Counted from the first letter of the stretch, positions 1 through 15,050 are shown. The stretch is 64,000 bases of DNA from Azolla caroliniana (GCA_043228905.1 JBHGNT010000017.1:682001-746000); one strand, 5' to 3'. Notes: generated by a model not told the origin, from the letters alone. Translations and numbers: made by a program.

Positions 1-773
1 GTTAGATCATTTTATTAGAGGCCAATATTGACCCATGGGACCTACGTGCTAAAATTTTCTTGATGTGTCTCCTTCCTAAGTATGGTGTTTGCAAGTCTTA
101 TGCATCATGGGTTTACGTTTGTATGTGTGTGTGATTGGGAGAGCCTTCCTACAAGTAACATTTGCGTGGGTTGAATGAACACAATGTAGGCCCTTGATGA
201 ATGGATAGTGTTGTGTTTGATAGATTTGCGTAGGGGGAGTTGGGTCCTGATTCTCAATGAAACCTTTGACCTTCTCCTTTGTTTGGGTTGGTTTGACCAT
301 ATGCCATAGTCTATGGTCTAATGTGCAATTTCACACCATTCAGTATTGATTGAGTGTATTTGATTGAATGTGGACAATAAAACATAATTCATGACTTGGT
401 TATGGTTAGCTTGGGAGGGTGTGATCTTGAGGTTTAATCCATAGTCTTCATCTGTATCATATTTCCAATCATTATTTGGTTGGCATATGAGTTATCATAC
501 TTTGAAGTTCGTATTCATGAATTGACTCTCCATCAGAGAGGGGCCTATTACCCTATTCATGTTGCCTTTTAAGTATAGGATTTAGTGACTTTTTAGTTTC
601 TTCTTGATCATTGAATTTTGGCCTTAGAAGATGTTAATATATCTTTCTTTCTCCCTCATTAGCTAAGCTAGAATGCTCTCCTTCTTTCCTTACCATATAT
701 TATAGCATATTTATTAGAGCTATGTTATTGTCATACATTGTCCTTCCCATGCCTTCCAACATCACATTTGCAT

Positions 774-1500
774 TGGTACCAAAGGGACAAGTCTAGAGAC
801 AAGGAAAAGTGGGGCAAGAGACAAAAAGAGGTAAGAAAAAGGTGATTAAGAGAAAATAGCCATAAAACTTAATTAACCTAGTGAAAATGAGGAACCACAA
901 GGACTAAAATATTGTTGATGAACCATAATCTCTCTTAGCTAGACTTGTGGCCACAAGAGCTTACAAAAACCCAACACAAGATTCCAATCAGAAGAATCAA
1001 TGTAATTGTCTTCAATTTCGAAACATATGTAAAATGGCATTGATTGAATCACTGTAACTCTCTTCCAGTTGGAAAATACACAAGAACACTCACATGATGT
1101 CAACCTTTGCCTCTTCATGTTGAACCTAAAGGAATGTTGCCAATTATTACTCTCTAAATCAACACCTTCGTTTGAAAGACAATTAAGAATGTCAACTACA
1201 TTGCAACGTTTTCCACCACCCTTGATCAGACTTGCCTATATTCCACTCCTTTTATGCTTTAGATGAGAATCCATGAAAGTGATGGTACATAATGATGATA
1301 CAACATATTAGTGCTTATCATCGACCATCTTGTACCACTCTTCAAACACCAATCCAACCAAGGTTGATGATTTGTCTTCACGTGCAAACTTCCTTGTAAG
1401 AATGTAATACTTTGCAAAATCTACCAATTAAAACCATAGATTGATGGAATACATAAAAATCTTTTAGCATCATCAAACTCTTAACAACTTCTTTCTCTCT
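774..1500 (+). mobile_element. Possible LTR retrotransposon remnant (PBS followed by degraded gag-like region)
   Basis: ..TGCA-T-TGGTACCAAAG resembles an LTR end followed by a tRNA-Met PBS (TGGTATCAGAG). No recognisable intact ORF follows. Confidence 0.3.
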
Positions 1501-4500
1501 GTCTCTGCCTCTCTAACACAACTACCCTAAGGTTGAGGAACACATTGTTATAAACCCTCAGGCAAGATACCTATGCAATTATTTTTGTCGTTGCATTGTG
1601 AAAGAATGGATAATGGTTTACATCTTAGCACATAAAATATTGTAGTGTTTAGAATTGAGATAACTTGTTCAATGTGAGAACTAATGTCCATATTAAAAAG
1701 GAATTTATTTCTTGAGAATCGTTGTCGTGAAGCAATTGCTTCATGATATAAAAACAAATCACATATTATATAAAGTAACATTTGTGAGACTCAAACCTAT
1801 AACCTTGGTTATGAAGCATTGAGTATAAACAGTGAAGATAAGCTCTTCTAAAAGTAGACACTTTCATCATAATTATTATCTATATATCCCATACACATTG
1901 TCTCATATGAGCAACATAGTTGTCATGCACCACACATAGTACATGTGTGCCAAGTGGCAATCACACATCACATGCACTCTCACATACATCACATGCATTC
2001 GAACACCTATATAAGGACATTCGAACACCTATATAAGGAGAAGGAACAGAAGGTATCAATCAATCAATAAGAGAAATAAATAAATAAATTCTTATGTTTT
2101 GAATTAAAGCATATAGTTATCATAAACTCTTTGCATCTTGAATCACACACTATCTCCGTCTCTTATCTATGTTCATTTGTCTACCTTTTTGTTACGAACT
2201 CTCCTCATCCATAAACCCAATGGTTTGACACACCAATCACAAGCTCTACGATGTCGTGACTACATTTTCCATGTCCAATAGATTAAAAGTTGTTAAAGAG
2301 GAGAGATGTGATCAAATTTTACTGATTTCCAAACAACCGAATACAGGTTCTTGATGTCCATCAAATGAGTTGGAAAGAGTATCTTCATATGCACATATTG
2401 GGCATTCCCAACGCATTCAATCTTTTGGTGTTACTCCCATCTCTGGATGCTAACATTTACAATCTTTGTATGGTTTGATGAATTCTTGGAAGATTGTGTG
2501 TGTGTGTGTGTGGATTGACAAAGAGGGAGGGAGGGAGATTCTTAGGAAGGAGACACGTATCGAGGACACGTGTATACTCTGGTCCCATAGGTCAAAATTG
2601 GCCTCTTTACTAACGATAAAAATTCTAATTCTAGTAATGTACTATTCAAATTTCTACTAGATCATCAAGTTATATATAAAACAATATCATGACATTAATG
2701 TCATCCACCATGGTGCAACGGTTGGACTAGAGTTTTCAACTAGATCGTATTAAAGTAAAGTGTTAGAAAATGTGATAATGGATACATTATTTATTGAATA
2801 TGTTTGAATATGTATATATATATACATAGTTTATCATTTGTGTGAACGAAGGGGGAAATATTGTCAATAGTTTCACATTCAAAGACAAATTGAGAATTGA
2901 AATTTGTTCTTTTTTCCATTTAGTTTGTATGTCGGAGGGTTGGGGTTGAAGGCTTCCAATAAAATATGCAAAACCAAGATTGATTGGCTTCCAAGAAGAC
3001 GTCAATGCACTCGACCATCTTGAGATGTCAAATATCGTATTTGAAATTTTGTACACAATGTAGGAAATCAAGCTAAAATAAACTATTCAATTTTGCTTCA
3101 CAACATTTATGGTATTAGGATTGGATCAAAAGGATACAATCAATATTATGGTTTTCTATACATATGATGAAGGAACTACCAACCACTGTAGTATGCAAAG
3201 GAGATTTCTCAAATAGCGCACAACCAAGGGGTTTGTGTAGATAGTAGAAGCATATTGAGTATACATATTCCTAGTAATAGTATAAATAATAATGTGTGCA
3301 TTAAGTATCTATGTGTATGTATGTCTATCTATCCATATGTATGTGCTTTTTAATGTATATATTTTCGTATGTGTTTTTTTATGGATTTGATTATAGTTGA
3401 AGTTCAAAAGTAAGTGGTATTTTATTAGCTCTCTACATTCATATTCATATTCCTTATTGCTTAAGCCATGCCCTCTTGTTTAAGCAAACATATACCAATA
3501 CAAGTATGTAGATGGAACCATGAGTAGATGAGGGTAAATGTGTGATTGTATGTTGTGTAGATGTTTGTATTTGGGTTGGTGAGTATATATGTACATTATA
3601 TGCTTAAGATATAGGCCTTGAATGAGCTTTTGTGGGTACATCTAGCATTGAAGCATAGGTAGCAATGATAGACACATAAATATGTAGTGATGTAAAGTCT
3701 ATATCCAATGTCCACAAAAACAATCACTCTCTAGTCGTGTTAGCTCTGCCACTTGCATAAATGAAGCTCATATTATTTGGTTGCTTGAGTTCTAGTTTGA
3801 ACATATTTACATCTCTCAACATAGTGTTCAAGAAAGTGCATCATTACATTGACATATATGCATTTGGATTGACATGTATGCACACATAATTACTCATTGT
3901 TCCAAGATATTAATTCGAAGTAAGTTTAGAGTTTACATGTTGAATGTTTGTACATGAAGCACACACATACATGTATGAGTAGGAAGATTGGGGGAAGTAC
4001 ATTGTGCGATTTAAACCATTGTGATTTGATTTATACCAATTTGGCTTACTACTAAATTACTAATGCAATACAACCCAACCTAAAATAATGAGTGACATAT
4101 ACCACACCTAGAATATAAACCAGTTATGAAATGATGGTGTATTAGGAAAATAACATGACCTGCAAAGCCCAAGAAGAGAGTTCCAAGAGAGTTTGGTGTG
4201 ACATGTATCCAAGCTAGTTTAGTTTTAGGGGATGAAATTCGAAAAGGACTATGGGGTTTAAAAACTTTCTCAAAAGCATTGTTGTTAGCATATTGATGGA
4301 TGTGCATGGAGTCACCCATTTGTCAACAATGTAGCATTGATTGTTCATTTACTAGGATGATCACATCAATGGATTAAAGAGGTCTATAATAACAATCAAG
4401 ATTGCGAAATTGAGCATATAAGGTTGATGATCGGAGAGTGTCAAATCCTTTTGCAGACCAATGAAACTGTACTCTTGTAACATGGATTGTGCAACAGGCG

Positions 4501-5869
4501 AGCCTAAACATATGTTACATTGTGTTGACACTTCGTTGTCCTATCAATAGGTAGAGACCTACCATTGGATAGGAAAGAGGCGAATGGTTCAAACGGCGAT
4601 TCCAAGGACACGTACATCCCAAGGACAAAGGATTTGTCTTCTAGATTACAAGCAATGTGAACTTCATGGATATGATTATCCACCCTTATATGTATAAAAG
4701 GGAACACACAAGGAATTCATTAAAGTTATGCCAATAATAAATGGAATAGATAAAGAATTATTGGTCCCAAACTCTAGAAATTGTACGTTGACATAATGTG
4801 GCTAACTTACTATAATCAATGGTGCCAAGTGGAAACTTTACATGGAAGTGATGAACTTTGATCATCACATAGGTGTGAGATGGTTTGAGTTAAGATGCGA
4901 GAGGCATCCTATTCATATGCTTTGCAAAATGTTGCGAGTGATGTGTTATCCTATCCCAAACGTATGGAGTTGATGTCATGGAAGGTAAACTATCTTCGAA
5001 GAGCTATATACCACGTAAGTTGTATTAATATCCAACGTTGACCCAAATTAGAACGGCATATAGCATGATATTTAGATACGAAAAAGAATCCAGAAAGAGC
5101 ATGCTACAAGCCACTTTTCTGAGCAAATTACGACGATGTAGTTTTATAAGTTTTCCAAGAATCAAACATTGTCTCGAATTTCGAGAGGAGGCATTTCGTT
5201 TGCCAAAACTTACTTATGGACAAACCACAGCCTGCTTTTAGAGAGATCGATAGATATTATTACCTGTTGTCGAAGGTCAAAGCATGACCGATGGGCTGGA
5301 AGCAAAAACTACCATGTGTATGTTTGACACTCGTGGTTGAGAGAATACATATTCCAAGGCAAAGCACTGCAACAAAAGAAGACATATCTTTGTTTGTGAC
5401 AAGCGGTAAGGTTATTGGGGTGGGCCCCCAGGGTAGACGAGAAGGGGTGTTGATGCACGAACTCCTCCCCTCCCAGACTGTCCAAATCCAAAGGACACAC
5501 ACAAAAGAAAGAAAACGGACCATGGAACTACTACTATTAGAGCTACATATGTTCATGGGGGATCATGGGCCATGGCAATGGTCATGACACATGACTCATG
5601 ATGATGATGAAAAAAAGCCTCTCTCTCCACATGTACACACACACATGACACATACACACACAACCCCCAATTATTACAAGCAAGTTATAACGGTGACAAA
5701 TAGATTGGGGGGGGCATTCAATAACCCCCCCCCCTGTCTCTCTCTCTCTCTCTCTAGACCCTCTCTATTTTCATATCTTCTCTCTAGACTCTCTCTATTT
5801 TCATATCCTCTCTCTAGACTCTCCAACCCCCCCCCCCTCCTCCTCCTCCTCCTTGTCTCTCTTTCACTT

Positions 5870-5903
5870 AGGGTTATCTATCATATTATTATTATTATTT
5901 ACT

Positions 5904-5941
<38 letters not shown>

Positions 5942-5980
5942 AGATCGATCGATAGATAGATAGATAGATTGATTGATTGA
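5870..5980. repeat. Compound microsatellite (ATT)n-(CAT)n-(GATA)n-(GATT)n upstream of CLE
   Basis: Directly visible simple repeats. Confidence 0.9.
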
Positions 5981-6744
5981 TGGGTTACAGAGGAAAATCT
6001 GAAGACAGGGCAGGCAGTGTGTGTGTGTGTGTGTGATTGTGTTATATTATTAGCACAGCACACATCCTAGGCTCTAGCACAGCAATAACCACAACTAAAA
6101 AAGACCTCCACACTTTCATCCATTCAATTAACAACAATACCAATGAATGAATGAATGAAGAGAGAGAGAGAGAAACAGAGCATTATTCTAATTTCTTAGT
6201 ATGTTACTATGTAGTAGTATTGTTTTATTGTTATTGCTTGCTACTTACTTACTTACTACTACTCTTCGCTTCCATTCTCTTAAATTATTTATTAGACAAG
6301 AAGGAAGAATCAATCAAAAGAGTGGCTCTTCTTCTTCTTCTTGCTTTATTATTATTATTATTATTAAAAGACACATCCATATCATTATATTACAACATCT
6401 TCTTCTTCTTCTTCTCCTACAATCTTAGTTAGGGCAACTTTCTTTCTCTTCTTTTTACTTATATAATTCTCTCTTTATGTCTAATTTGCCTCCCCTGTTC
6501 CTCTGAGAAACACTGCAGGGAGATAGAGAGAGATCGCTCTCTGTTCTTCTTACCATTGTTACTAATCCACTATTATATTTCCTCTCTAAAATTAACCTCA
6601 TCTCTCTTCTCTGATCTTTTTGCCTTCCTTAATGCTCTCATCCATATAATATGTTGCTTGTATATACCATCGCCCTCTCCATCCATTCCCTTGCAGCTAG
6701 TTAAGGCTCCATTACAGAATTAAACATACATACACATTCTAAGT

Positions 6745-6947
6745 ATGAGGTGGTTAGTAAGGAAAGCTTCCGATTCATCGCCATCGCCATCATCTAGTAG
6801 TAATACACTTGTTCTTATCCTTGAATTTTGCAAGTCCATCTTCTTGATCATCACAATCATAATCATCATAACCATATTAGTACACCAATCCTCAGGTAAA
6901 ATGATCATGGACAATCTACATGCCATGGCGAATCGTACTGCTGCTGC

Positions 6948-6978
<31 letters not shown>

Positions 6979-7428
6979 GTGAGGGACCCAAGTTATATAA
7001 CAAGGCCATTACTAGTGAAGGATCATGATGTGGCTAATCACAATGTTAGATACAAATCCTCAGCAAATAGATTCCTACAGTTTCTACAGCTCCATGCCAA
7101 TCTTACAAAATTCCCCACTAATTTCCATAGTACAAGGAAGCTGTTAGGGATTCCAACAAAACAAGGTAATTTCACAGGTCCATTATCCCCATCAACACAA
7201 TTGGTAGCAGCTTCATCATTGGGCCCGGGCCCGGCATCGCAGCCCATATCATCCAGCACAAGATCAACTGTCCTTCACACCAACACCAAAAGGGGTAAGC
7301 ACCACAAACCTTATAATCATGGTAATATGCAGCATGATAATTCATCCTCATCAGTCAACAATATCGACCCTCGATACGGCGTCGAGAAGCGGCTTGTCCC
7401 CACAGGTCCCAATCCTCTCCACAATTGA
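6745..7428 (+). CDS. CLE: CLAVATA3/ESR-related (CLE) peptide precursor, CLE9/10-like C-terminal dodecapeptide
   Basis: Single-exon 227-aa ORF. It has a hydrophobic segment (LVLILEFCKSIFLIITIIIITILV), a His tract and a low-complexity variable region. It ends in IDPRYGVEK-RLVPTGPNPLHN-stop, the canonical CLE box with the typical upstream DPRYGVEK context. Confidence 0.93.
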
Positions 7429-10400
7429 ACATAACATAACAAAACAAAAAAGAAGCAGAGGCATGACCATGGATGTTATCGATCAATGATGGTCTAAATA
7501 TTGATTGATCTAGTAAAAATGTTGAATTGATGTCATGTGTCACACCACACAAGAGTACTGAGTCGGTGGAAATGCTTAAATTCTTTTTGCCAGAAGGCTA
7601 CAGTTTGAATATGCATGATAAGTGCACGCAAATTACACACCTACATACATGTTATGAGAGGAATCCAAAACCAAATCAATGAGAGACATAAGGCTTTAGT
7701 ATCATTCAACCTTTTATGATCAATACATATACACATATATGTGTGTGTGTTCATATACATATATCCCATTTTCATCCTCAAAATGGGAGTTCTAACTAGT
7801 ATACTTGATGAGCCAAAGTAGCACCATTTCTGTTAATATGAGGACTTGCCCCTTCAATTTTCACACTCTGTTTTTGGGATGGGTGTAAACTCCCTTTGTA
7901 ACTACACTCAACTATGGGTTAAAGAAGTTATCTTATACAAGTAAAGGTTCCTCTCAAATTCATCATGTGATTATCACATAATAATTTATATTTAATCTGA
8001 TTAGGCTATATAATTTGTTTCTAAAGCCTAATTGCCAACGAAGCTATTATGAGTCAATCCTCTTTCCTCCTTTTCTTTCTTCCTTTTCTTTCTTCCTTTC
8101 TTTGTGACATGTGTGTGTGGATGGGGATATTTTCTCCTCAACATTTCATGAATAAAAGGTTGAAGTTGAAGTCCCAGGTGATCACACTAACAATAAAACT
8201 ATTGGAATTGTGATCGGACCAATGCTATTGAATTGGTATCCACAGCAATATATGATATTTTGAATGGTGATTTCATACCCCAGTCTTGGTCCCCATGGTT
8301 CTCCAGCATGCCTAAATTGTTAAGGTTAAGAGCATACCATGGTTGAGGCTCTGAGTTTAGCTTTTAAGTAATCATGGTTTGTGTATCCATAAGGCTATTG
8401 ACATGCTAAGTATGTTACCCAACATTTTGGAGTCTCCAAGTCCATTGGATTTCATCTTCCTTTTCCTTCAAACTTTGGCTAGTTTGTATAATTGTAAATT
8501 AGCTTGTCAATGTGTTATATGGATTTCCAGGTCTTCATCGATAGGATTTGCGTCGTCATTTCTTCTGAATTTCACAATGTTAGTTCAATCATGATGTTTG
8601 GTTGCAATATGCTGTATTGCATGATATTGGAAAATGTGCATATATTTCTTAAAGGATATTATTATATGTTCGAAATGTATACATAAGTAAAGATTAGTGA
8701 CTCTTCTCTGAAGCTGATATTTTAATTTAAGCAATATATTTAGTATATGATGCCAATTCCATTCTGAATAAATGCTATGAAAATCAACGTAATTGGATCA
8801 ACATAATTGTTACTAAACTATTTAGAGGGAATGTACCCCTAAACCAGATAGGCATCAATGGGTTGAGCACTATATTGCTATCAAATTTGCAGTTTTTCAA
8901 TAAATGCCCACAATATCAAAGCCAAGTGTATGTCGATGATATTGTTGGTTACAGTTTGTTTAGAATTAGATCATTTGAAAAAAATACGGTAACGAGTCTC
9001 GAGTTTTGTAACTAATAATGGTACACAATTTCTAACTTCTATAATCCTTGACAAGAAATATTGTAATGCATCGAAGAAGAAAGTTTTGTCTCTAGCCAAA
9101 GGAGATAATGCATATGACAAGTGAGTGCATGACACACTTTTTTCACTGACATACAATAAATGATCTTCATGAATAGTGTGTGAATTATCGTGGGTGTCTA
9201 CTTTATGTATATCGGATGTGATTCAATACCTCACACCCTAGTACATTCTCCACTTTACTTGAGAAACTTCAAAACAATTTAAGTATATCCATAAGTACCC
9301 CTCTCAAGCATCTCCCGACAATGTCTCCTATGGGAAGTACATTCCTATGTACGTATCAACAACACTCTAATGATGATATTAAATCTAAGATAAATGTTTT
9401 CCCCAGATGCCATTGCTCGTAAGTCTCCTTGCCAATTGACATGAAAACACCTACGTGTAACGAAACCTTTAAATAAGCAATCCAAAACAAGTAATCAAAA
9501 TGTTGATTTACCAATGTGTCATGAATTAGTCAGTCAATATTTATTAAGCATATTACTTCCTTTCTGTGTTTCTTAATCAAAGCCATCACTTACTCAGTGG
9601 CATACTACTTTAATCCAATGAATATTACGGATGTTTTACTTACTTGGCGTGGTATTTAATTAGCCTCCATATCTCTTGTTCAACTAATAACACATCATTT
9701 TAGTCGCATCAACATTATGATAGTCTGGAGTGCCATGTTTCTCAAATTGATTGTGATGTTTTCATCTTACTTAAGAGAAAAACCCCAATATCAAAACAAG
9801 ATTGCATATGTTAAATTTATGACATACTTCCCTATAGATATTGATATGTAGTATTTCGAAGTTTTTTTAATCATCCACGAAATTCACTTAGGACTTGATA
9901 TGATATCTTAAACATCGAATAGTATAAGAGGGTGTGGTGTGCATGCTAAAGATGTAGCATAGGATCAAAATAAGGTCTCCTACCGATTGGCCAATTCCTT
10001 CAAATGATGCGTTGATTGGGCAAGGCAATTATTCTTACAATGTCATACATACTCTTAATATGTTTATTTTTACTAATGATTATTTTTCAAATTGGTGATT
10101 AGCCCATCACAATTCACTGTTCAAATATATGATCATAATATTATTACATTCAAGACTTGCATCAAGTCATGCATATTTGAATATGGGTAGGCCAAGAGAC
10201 ATTTTTTCCTGGTGACAATTTCTTACAATAAAACCATCGATATATTTTGGCTCTTAGGGATTATCATTGGTGTTAGTACATACCGAAACACAATGATAAG
10301 ATGGTTTTTGTTCGTTTGCTCTTAGAATATCATCTAGAATACCCACGTCAAATCGAAGTTATGATGTTAAAATGCAAATGTCTAAACAAAAAGAATTTGA

Positions 10401-12270
10401 TGCCGTTCACTAGAAAACCGTGACGAAGCATAACATCAATATGTTAAGGATTGGACACATGCATGGGTAAAAACACAATATGAAATGAACTATGAAAATC
10501 TTACTTAATAACATAGTGATTGTTATGAAGGAATTGTGGTAGCATCTCATATTTTAAAAAATGGAGTTAGAAATGTAGGGTTAGGAGTTGTTTGATAGAG
10601 AAAACGCTTGTAACATGTGTATATTAACATGAATTAACTTTGTGAATGAAATCATTTCAAATATTATGTTTTTGTCTAATGCCAATAAAGTCGCTACTAG
10701 AGCATAATACAATATAATTATAGCACATATTGTCAAACTAAAAATGAAACCCCCTTCCCTATTTGTTTAAGATGAAAGGTGGTGGTCCACAACAATGAAT
10801 AATAATACAATATCCTTTAAAATGTGTTCTAAACATGTGCCCCTTATTTGCTTTAGGTATGGCTAGAGCAAACATTGAAATGCATTATTCAACGAGTTAT
10901 ATATTCAATCACTAGCTTACTTTTCTTAACGTTGGCCCCACCTCCACCGTTTTAGCGTATAATCCCTTCTCAACTTTAGTTGCGACAATGTGAAAGCTTT
11001 GTTCTCGAATCTCTTTGAAATAGAATTACGAGGTTGATGGGACCAACAAACATCCCAATCACCCCAATAGCATGATTCATGAAACTTCTTAATCATTTGC
11101 ATTGAAATATTTAATGAAATGCTTTAAACCACCATAGGTATATGGGCCAACATCATTGTAGTTAAACCATCTATTATCTTATCCAAATATGTAACTTTGG
11201 TTTAACCAATTTATGGTAGTATTGAATCTTGATTAGTGGCTTTCATTTCATAGGCCACCCAAAAAATCAAGAGTTTTGAACTAGTATTTCAGTATATCTT
11301 AGTTTGGGTAGCTATGAGGTACATTACATGCTTTGGTATTGCCAATACATGTAGAGTTCAATGGAAGACCCAAACGTCCAAACAAGTATCTCCTTTGCAC
11401 TACTTTGAATTGTGCAAGGTTGATGATAGTGTTTTTTGTATAAGTAACCCTTTTAGCAAATGAATTTGCATTTATTATGGGTTCCAACTACCATGTTAAT
11501 TATATCGAGTAATTTGAATTATTTGTTTGTCTTAGGTTACAACATGTACAATAGGTGTCTTAGTTATTGCTTGATGCACATACACTACCTGCAATGTATC
11601 AAACAATTTCTTGTAGCTTCAACCCTTCAAATTTTTATTGCAATAAATATCCCTACAAATAAGTTCTGGAGATTGTGAGGCAAAAAATTAATTCTACCAG
11701 TCAATCTCCTGTAGTTCCTAACATACAATTAATGTATCGTATCTTCCTTTACCATTTGATGTTCATCGATGACATACATGTGCATTTGCACATATTTGTA
11801 CATTATAATCTAATATGCCGCATGTTCAACATTTGCATGCACCAACACATGCAATCACATGTACATTGTTGTCTCATGCTTTTTTTGTAAGGAGAATCAT
11901 TGCATCAAAATCACGGAGATATGGTGCTTGCAAACATCAAAGATCAAATTTCAAAGCATATAAACTCTATATTATCACCCCATATCTTCGGTTTCTAGTG
12001 ACAACGTTTATTGTTCCTCTTTCTCTTTATGAAAGCATGTCCCCCTCCTCGCCCCTCTTAAATGCTTCGCTCCTAAATAAGAGACTCAAAAAATACAAGT
12101 CAATAGACGCCATCATAACATTTAGAAGGCCGCATCAACGAATTATGTTAAAAATACAAGCATAAGGAAGACCGACAACATTCATCTTTGAAAAAAAAAA
12201 CTTTAGTGTACATTGTACAACCATTTTTATTCATTGAATATTAATGATAAATCTAATGAAATATGTATGA

Positions 12271-12600
12271 CATTAAAGCCCCCACATCAAATTTCATCCT
12301 ATGTTCCAATTCCCAAATTTCATGAAACTTTGCCTCGTTTTTATCAAATCGTAGAAATTTGATTTCCTAATATTGATTTCCCCTATATGTATCATAAGAT
12401 TAGTTTGATTTTGCACTTATTCAAACATTACAAAATTTTAAAAGATAAAACCATACATGCATAAATTGTGTTTAGGCAAGGAGGAAACTTGTGCATAAAA
12501 TGTTTTCAATTGCCATTCGATGGGGGCAACACGAGCCTAATTGTCTGGAATTCGTGCCCTATATTAAAGCCATTTGTCAAAAGTTCAACTTTGGCATTGA
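12271..12600 (+). repeat. Dispersed ~330-bp repeat, copy 1
   Basis: CATTAAAGCCCCCACATCAAATTTCATCCTATG..AAAAGTTCAACTTTGGCATTGA is shared with 15051-15358. Confidence 0.85.
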
Positions 12601-13676
12601 CCTGTTGAGAAAAACACATCTTCACAAATATACTCTTATATGGATCCATGCTCTTCTCTTACTTACCGTTTTTTTCCTTTGAAGAAAGGATTACTCAAAT
12701 GTCCTTATTGTGAAACTCCCTTTATTAAAAAAGATTAGTACCAATTTGCTACTCCTCCATCGTCCTTCATGTGAAACTTCCCTCAATTGAAAAATATTTG
12801 TACCAATTTACACCTCCACTCTTGTCACCGACACCCACATCAAGCCTTTGTTTGTCAATTGTAATTTTTGATGGTTTGGCATCTCCACCTACCTATACCA
12901 ATTTGGAATTATGATTTCTTTGAAAGGTTGAAACATCATAATTGTTTCCAACAAATGCGAATTGTTGAGATTGAAATGGATGTGAGCATGCCCTTACGAA
13001 ATTGGACAATGATGGGCCCACATACGATAAAAGACTCAAAAATGTGGATTATATATCTTAATTTACATGAGCATGATATTGATCTTAGAACTTGGAATTT
13101 GATGCATGAGAACGAGGAAGTGCACTCACACTATTAATTAAAATTTGCACAGTCTACATCAATGTTATTTGACTATTTCAATTTTAGCTCATTGACATAG
13201 TGGCACAACGTTTCAAAAACATTGTGGCAACTAGAAGATAGGCCAAGAAATAAAGCCACAAATGTAAGGATACAATGCAAGTTCTATCACGCAACTTATG
13301 TCATGCTCTTTCCTTTGTTGTTTATGTCAATAGTTAACAATTCAATCGTAGATGTGGGGAAACTTACCCCGTTGTCAACGCAAACGTATGTTGACTCTAT
13401 TTAATGTCATATTTTGCAATAGAATTTAAACATTTTCATCCACCTAAAGCACCTCCTGCAATCTCGAGTGAAACCTTCATCCAATGCCATTATTAGGGTT
13501 CAAAGGACCAAACCGAGGACATGGTTCATTGCTCCTATACATTTTGGATGGCCTTATAAAGGATGGAATATTTAGGTTGTGTTTGACAAAAACTTAGATG
13601 AATCTCTCGTCAAGCGGGTGTATTTAGCAAGAATTTATTTAATTGATTAAGCTATTTACAGACTTGTAATCATCGA

Positions 13677-13748
13677 GCGTTTGTAGTCCAACGGTTAGGA
13701 TAATTGCCTTCCAAGCAATAGACCCGGGTTCGACTCCCGGCAGACGCA
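13677..13748 (+). tRNA. trnG-TCC: tRNA-Gly (anticodon TCC), nuclear, intronless
   Basis: GCGTTTG..CAGACGC acceptor stem (one G-U pair), D arm TAGTCCAACGGTTAGGATA, anticodon arm ATTGC-CTTCCAA-GCAAT, T arm CCGGG-TTCGACT-CCCGG, discriminator A. A T5 Pol III terminator lies at ~13771. Confidence 0.96.
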
Positions 13749-15050
13749 AATGTTTAATATTTCGGAGTATTTTTGACAAGCGTTAGTTCCCTTTGTTTAA
13801 TTAATTTGGACATTTTAAAATTTATGCGAGCACTTGGTCTTCAGTTTCTCATATTAAAAAACAAATTGCAAACTATTATGCTTGTATAATGTATTCAAGA
13901 TCCAGCATAATATATTTGTCATATTGTGCATTAAATATATGGGTTGTAAATGTGCAAAGTGGCCATTGAGTCTTAACAATGAAAACATTCATAATGTGAA
14001 TAAGGAAGTGCCAGTGCAACCATGTGACGAGGTACATGTATGTACATGTATCCATACCATCAATTGTTGGTGATGAAAGCATGCATAATATGTATATGCA
14101 AGGGAGTGATAGTGCAATGATGTGATGTGATACATGTACATATACCCACACCCATAGTTTATTAGTGACAAAAACATTCATAATACGAATAAGGGAGTGC
14201 CAATGCAACCATGTCACTTTGGTACATGTCTATCAATGTGAAGCAAGAATGAGAAGTAAGAGTATGCATTGAAGTGGTGGGAATGCAATCTAAAGCCAAC
14301 CTATTGGTACAGTCTATCGATTTTTGAATGAAATTATAAAAAGCACTTGTGTATCATTAATCGTTTTGCTATTTTTCGTATTAACTACTGAAGTGTGGAG
14401 TGATGGAATTGACTTACATCATACATTATTTGAGCCATGCTTCTCGCATTTCTTCAAATTAAGTATTGGGTTTGGCAGTGCTCATTAACCATCGAAGGCT
14501 AGTAGTGGGGTTTAGGAATGCCACATCTACTGTCATCACATGAATATACATGAAATATGTCAATGCAATGATTAATGATACCTTAACACATAAGGGCAAT
14601 ATATGTAACTGATTTTTTGTCGTAATTGCGAGTGAAAGAGTTGTGAGAATCTAACAAAGATACAATTTTTATATGAATGAATATGTTTACGGGCTCATAC
14701 ATGAATTGTTTCATGGTGAGGGCAAATCATTCCTCGTGTAACTACCTTGAAACATATGTTGTATAATTACTTGACTAAGTGCCACGTTCATTATGGTGAT
14801 GGTTACAAACCATGGGTGTGTTACAACATAAAATGCTAAACTCATCTTTGAGTTGTAGTCTATCACCTTCCTTGCTCATAATTCATGTATTGAAGGTTAT
14901 TCGTGATGTCAATTACTTTCATTGTTCTCGACTGTGCAATAATGGAGAGGGAGGGAGAGGACACAAAATTGATTGTAGAGTAAGCTTTAAGTTCCATTTT
15001 TAAATTTAGAACAAACATTTCTAGCTTACGTGAGAGGATCTATGGTATGG

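Noticed and set aside
5591-6432. ORFs upstream of CLE (122, 93 and 75 aa)
   Set aside because: Translations of microsatellites (poly-H, L, I, Y); no recognisable protein, likely promoter or UTR.
8200-12200. Possible decayed transposon coding region
   Set aside because: Looks like degraded TE sequence, but I could not identify a diagnostic motif by eye, so it is left unannotated.
13749-13880. Dicistronic tRNA-Gly-snoRNA, as known in Arabidopsis
   Set aside because: No box C (RTGATGA) or box D pair follows the tRNA, and a T5 terminator lies ~22 nt downstream.
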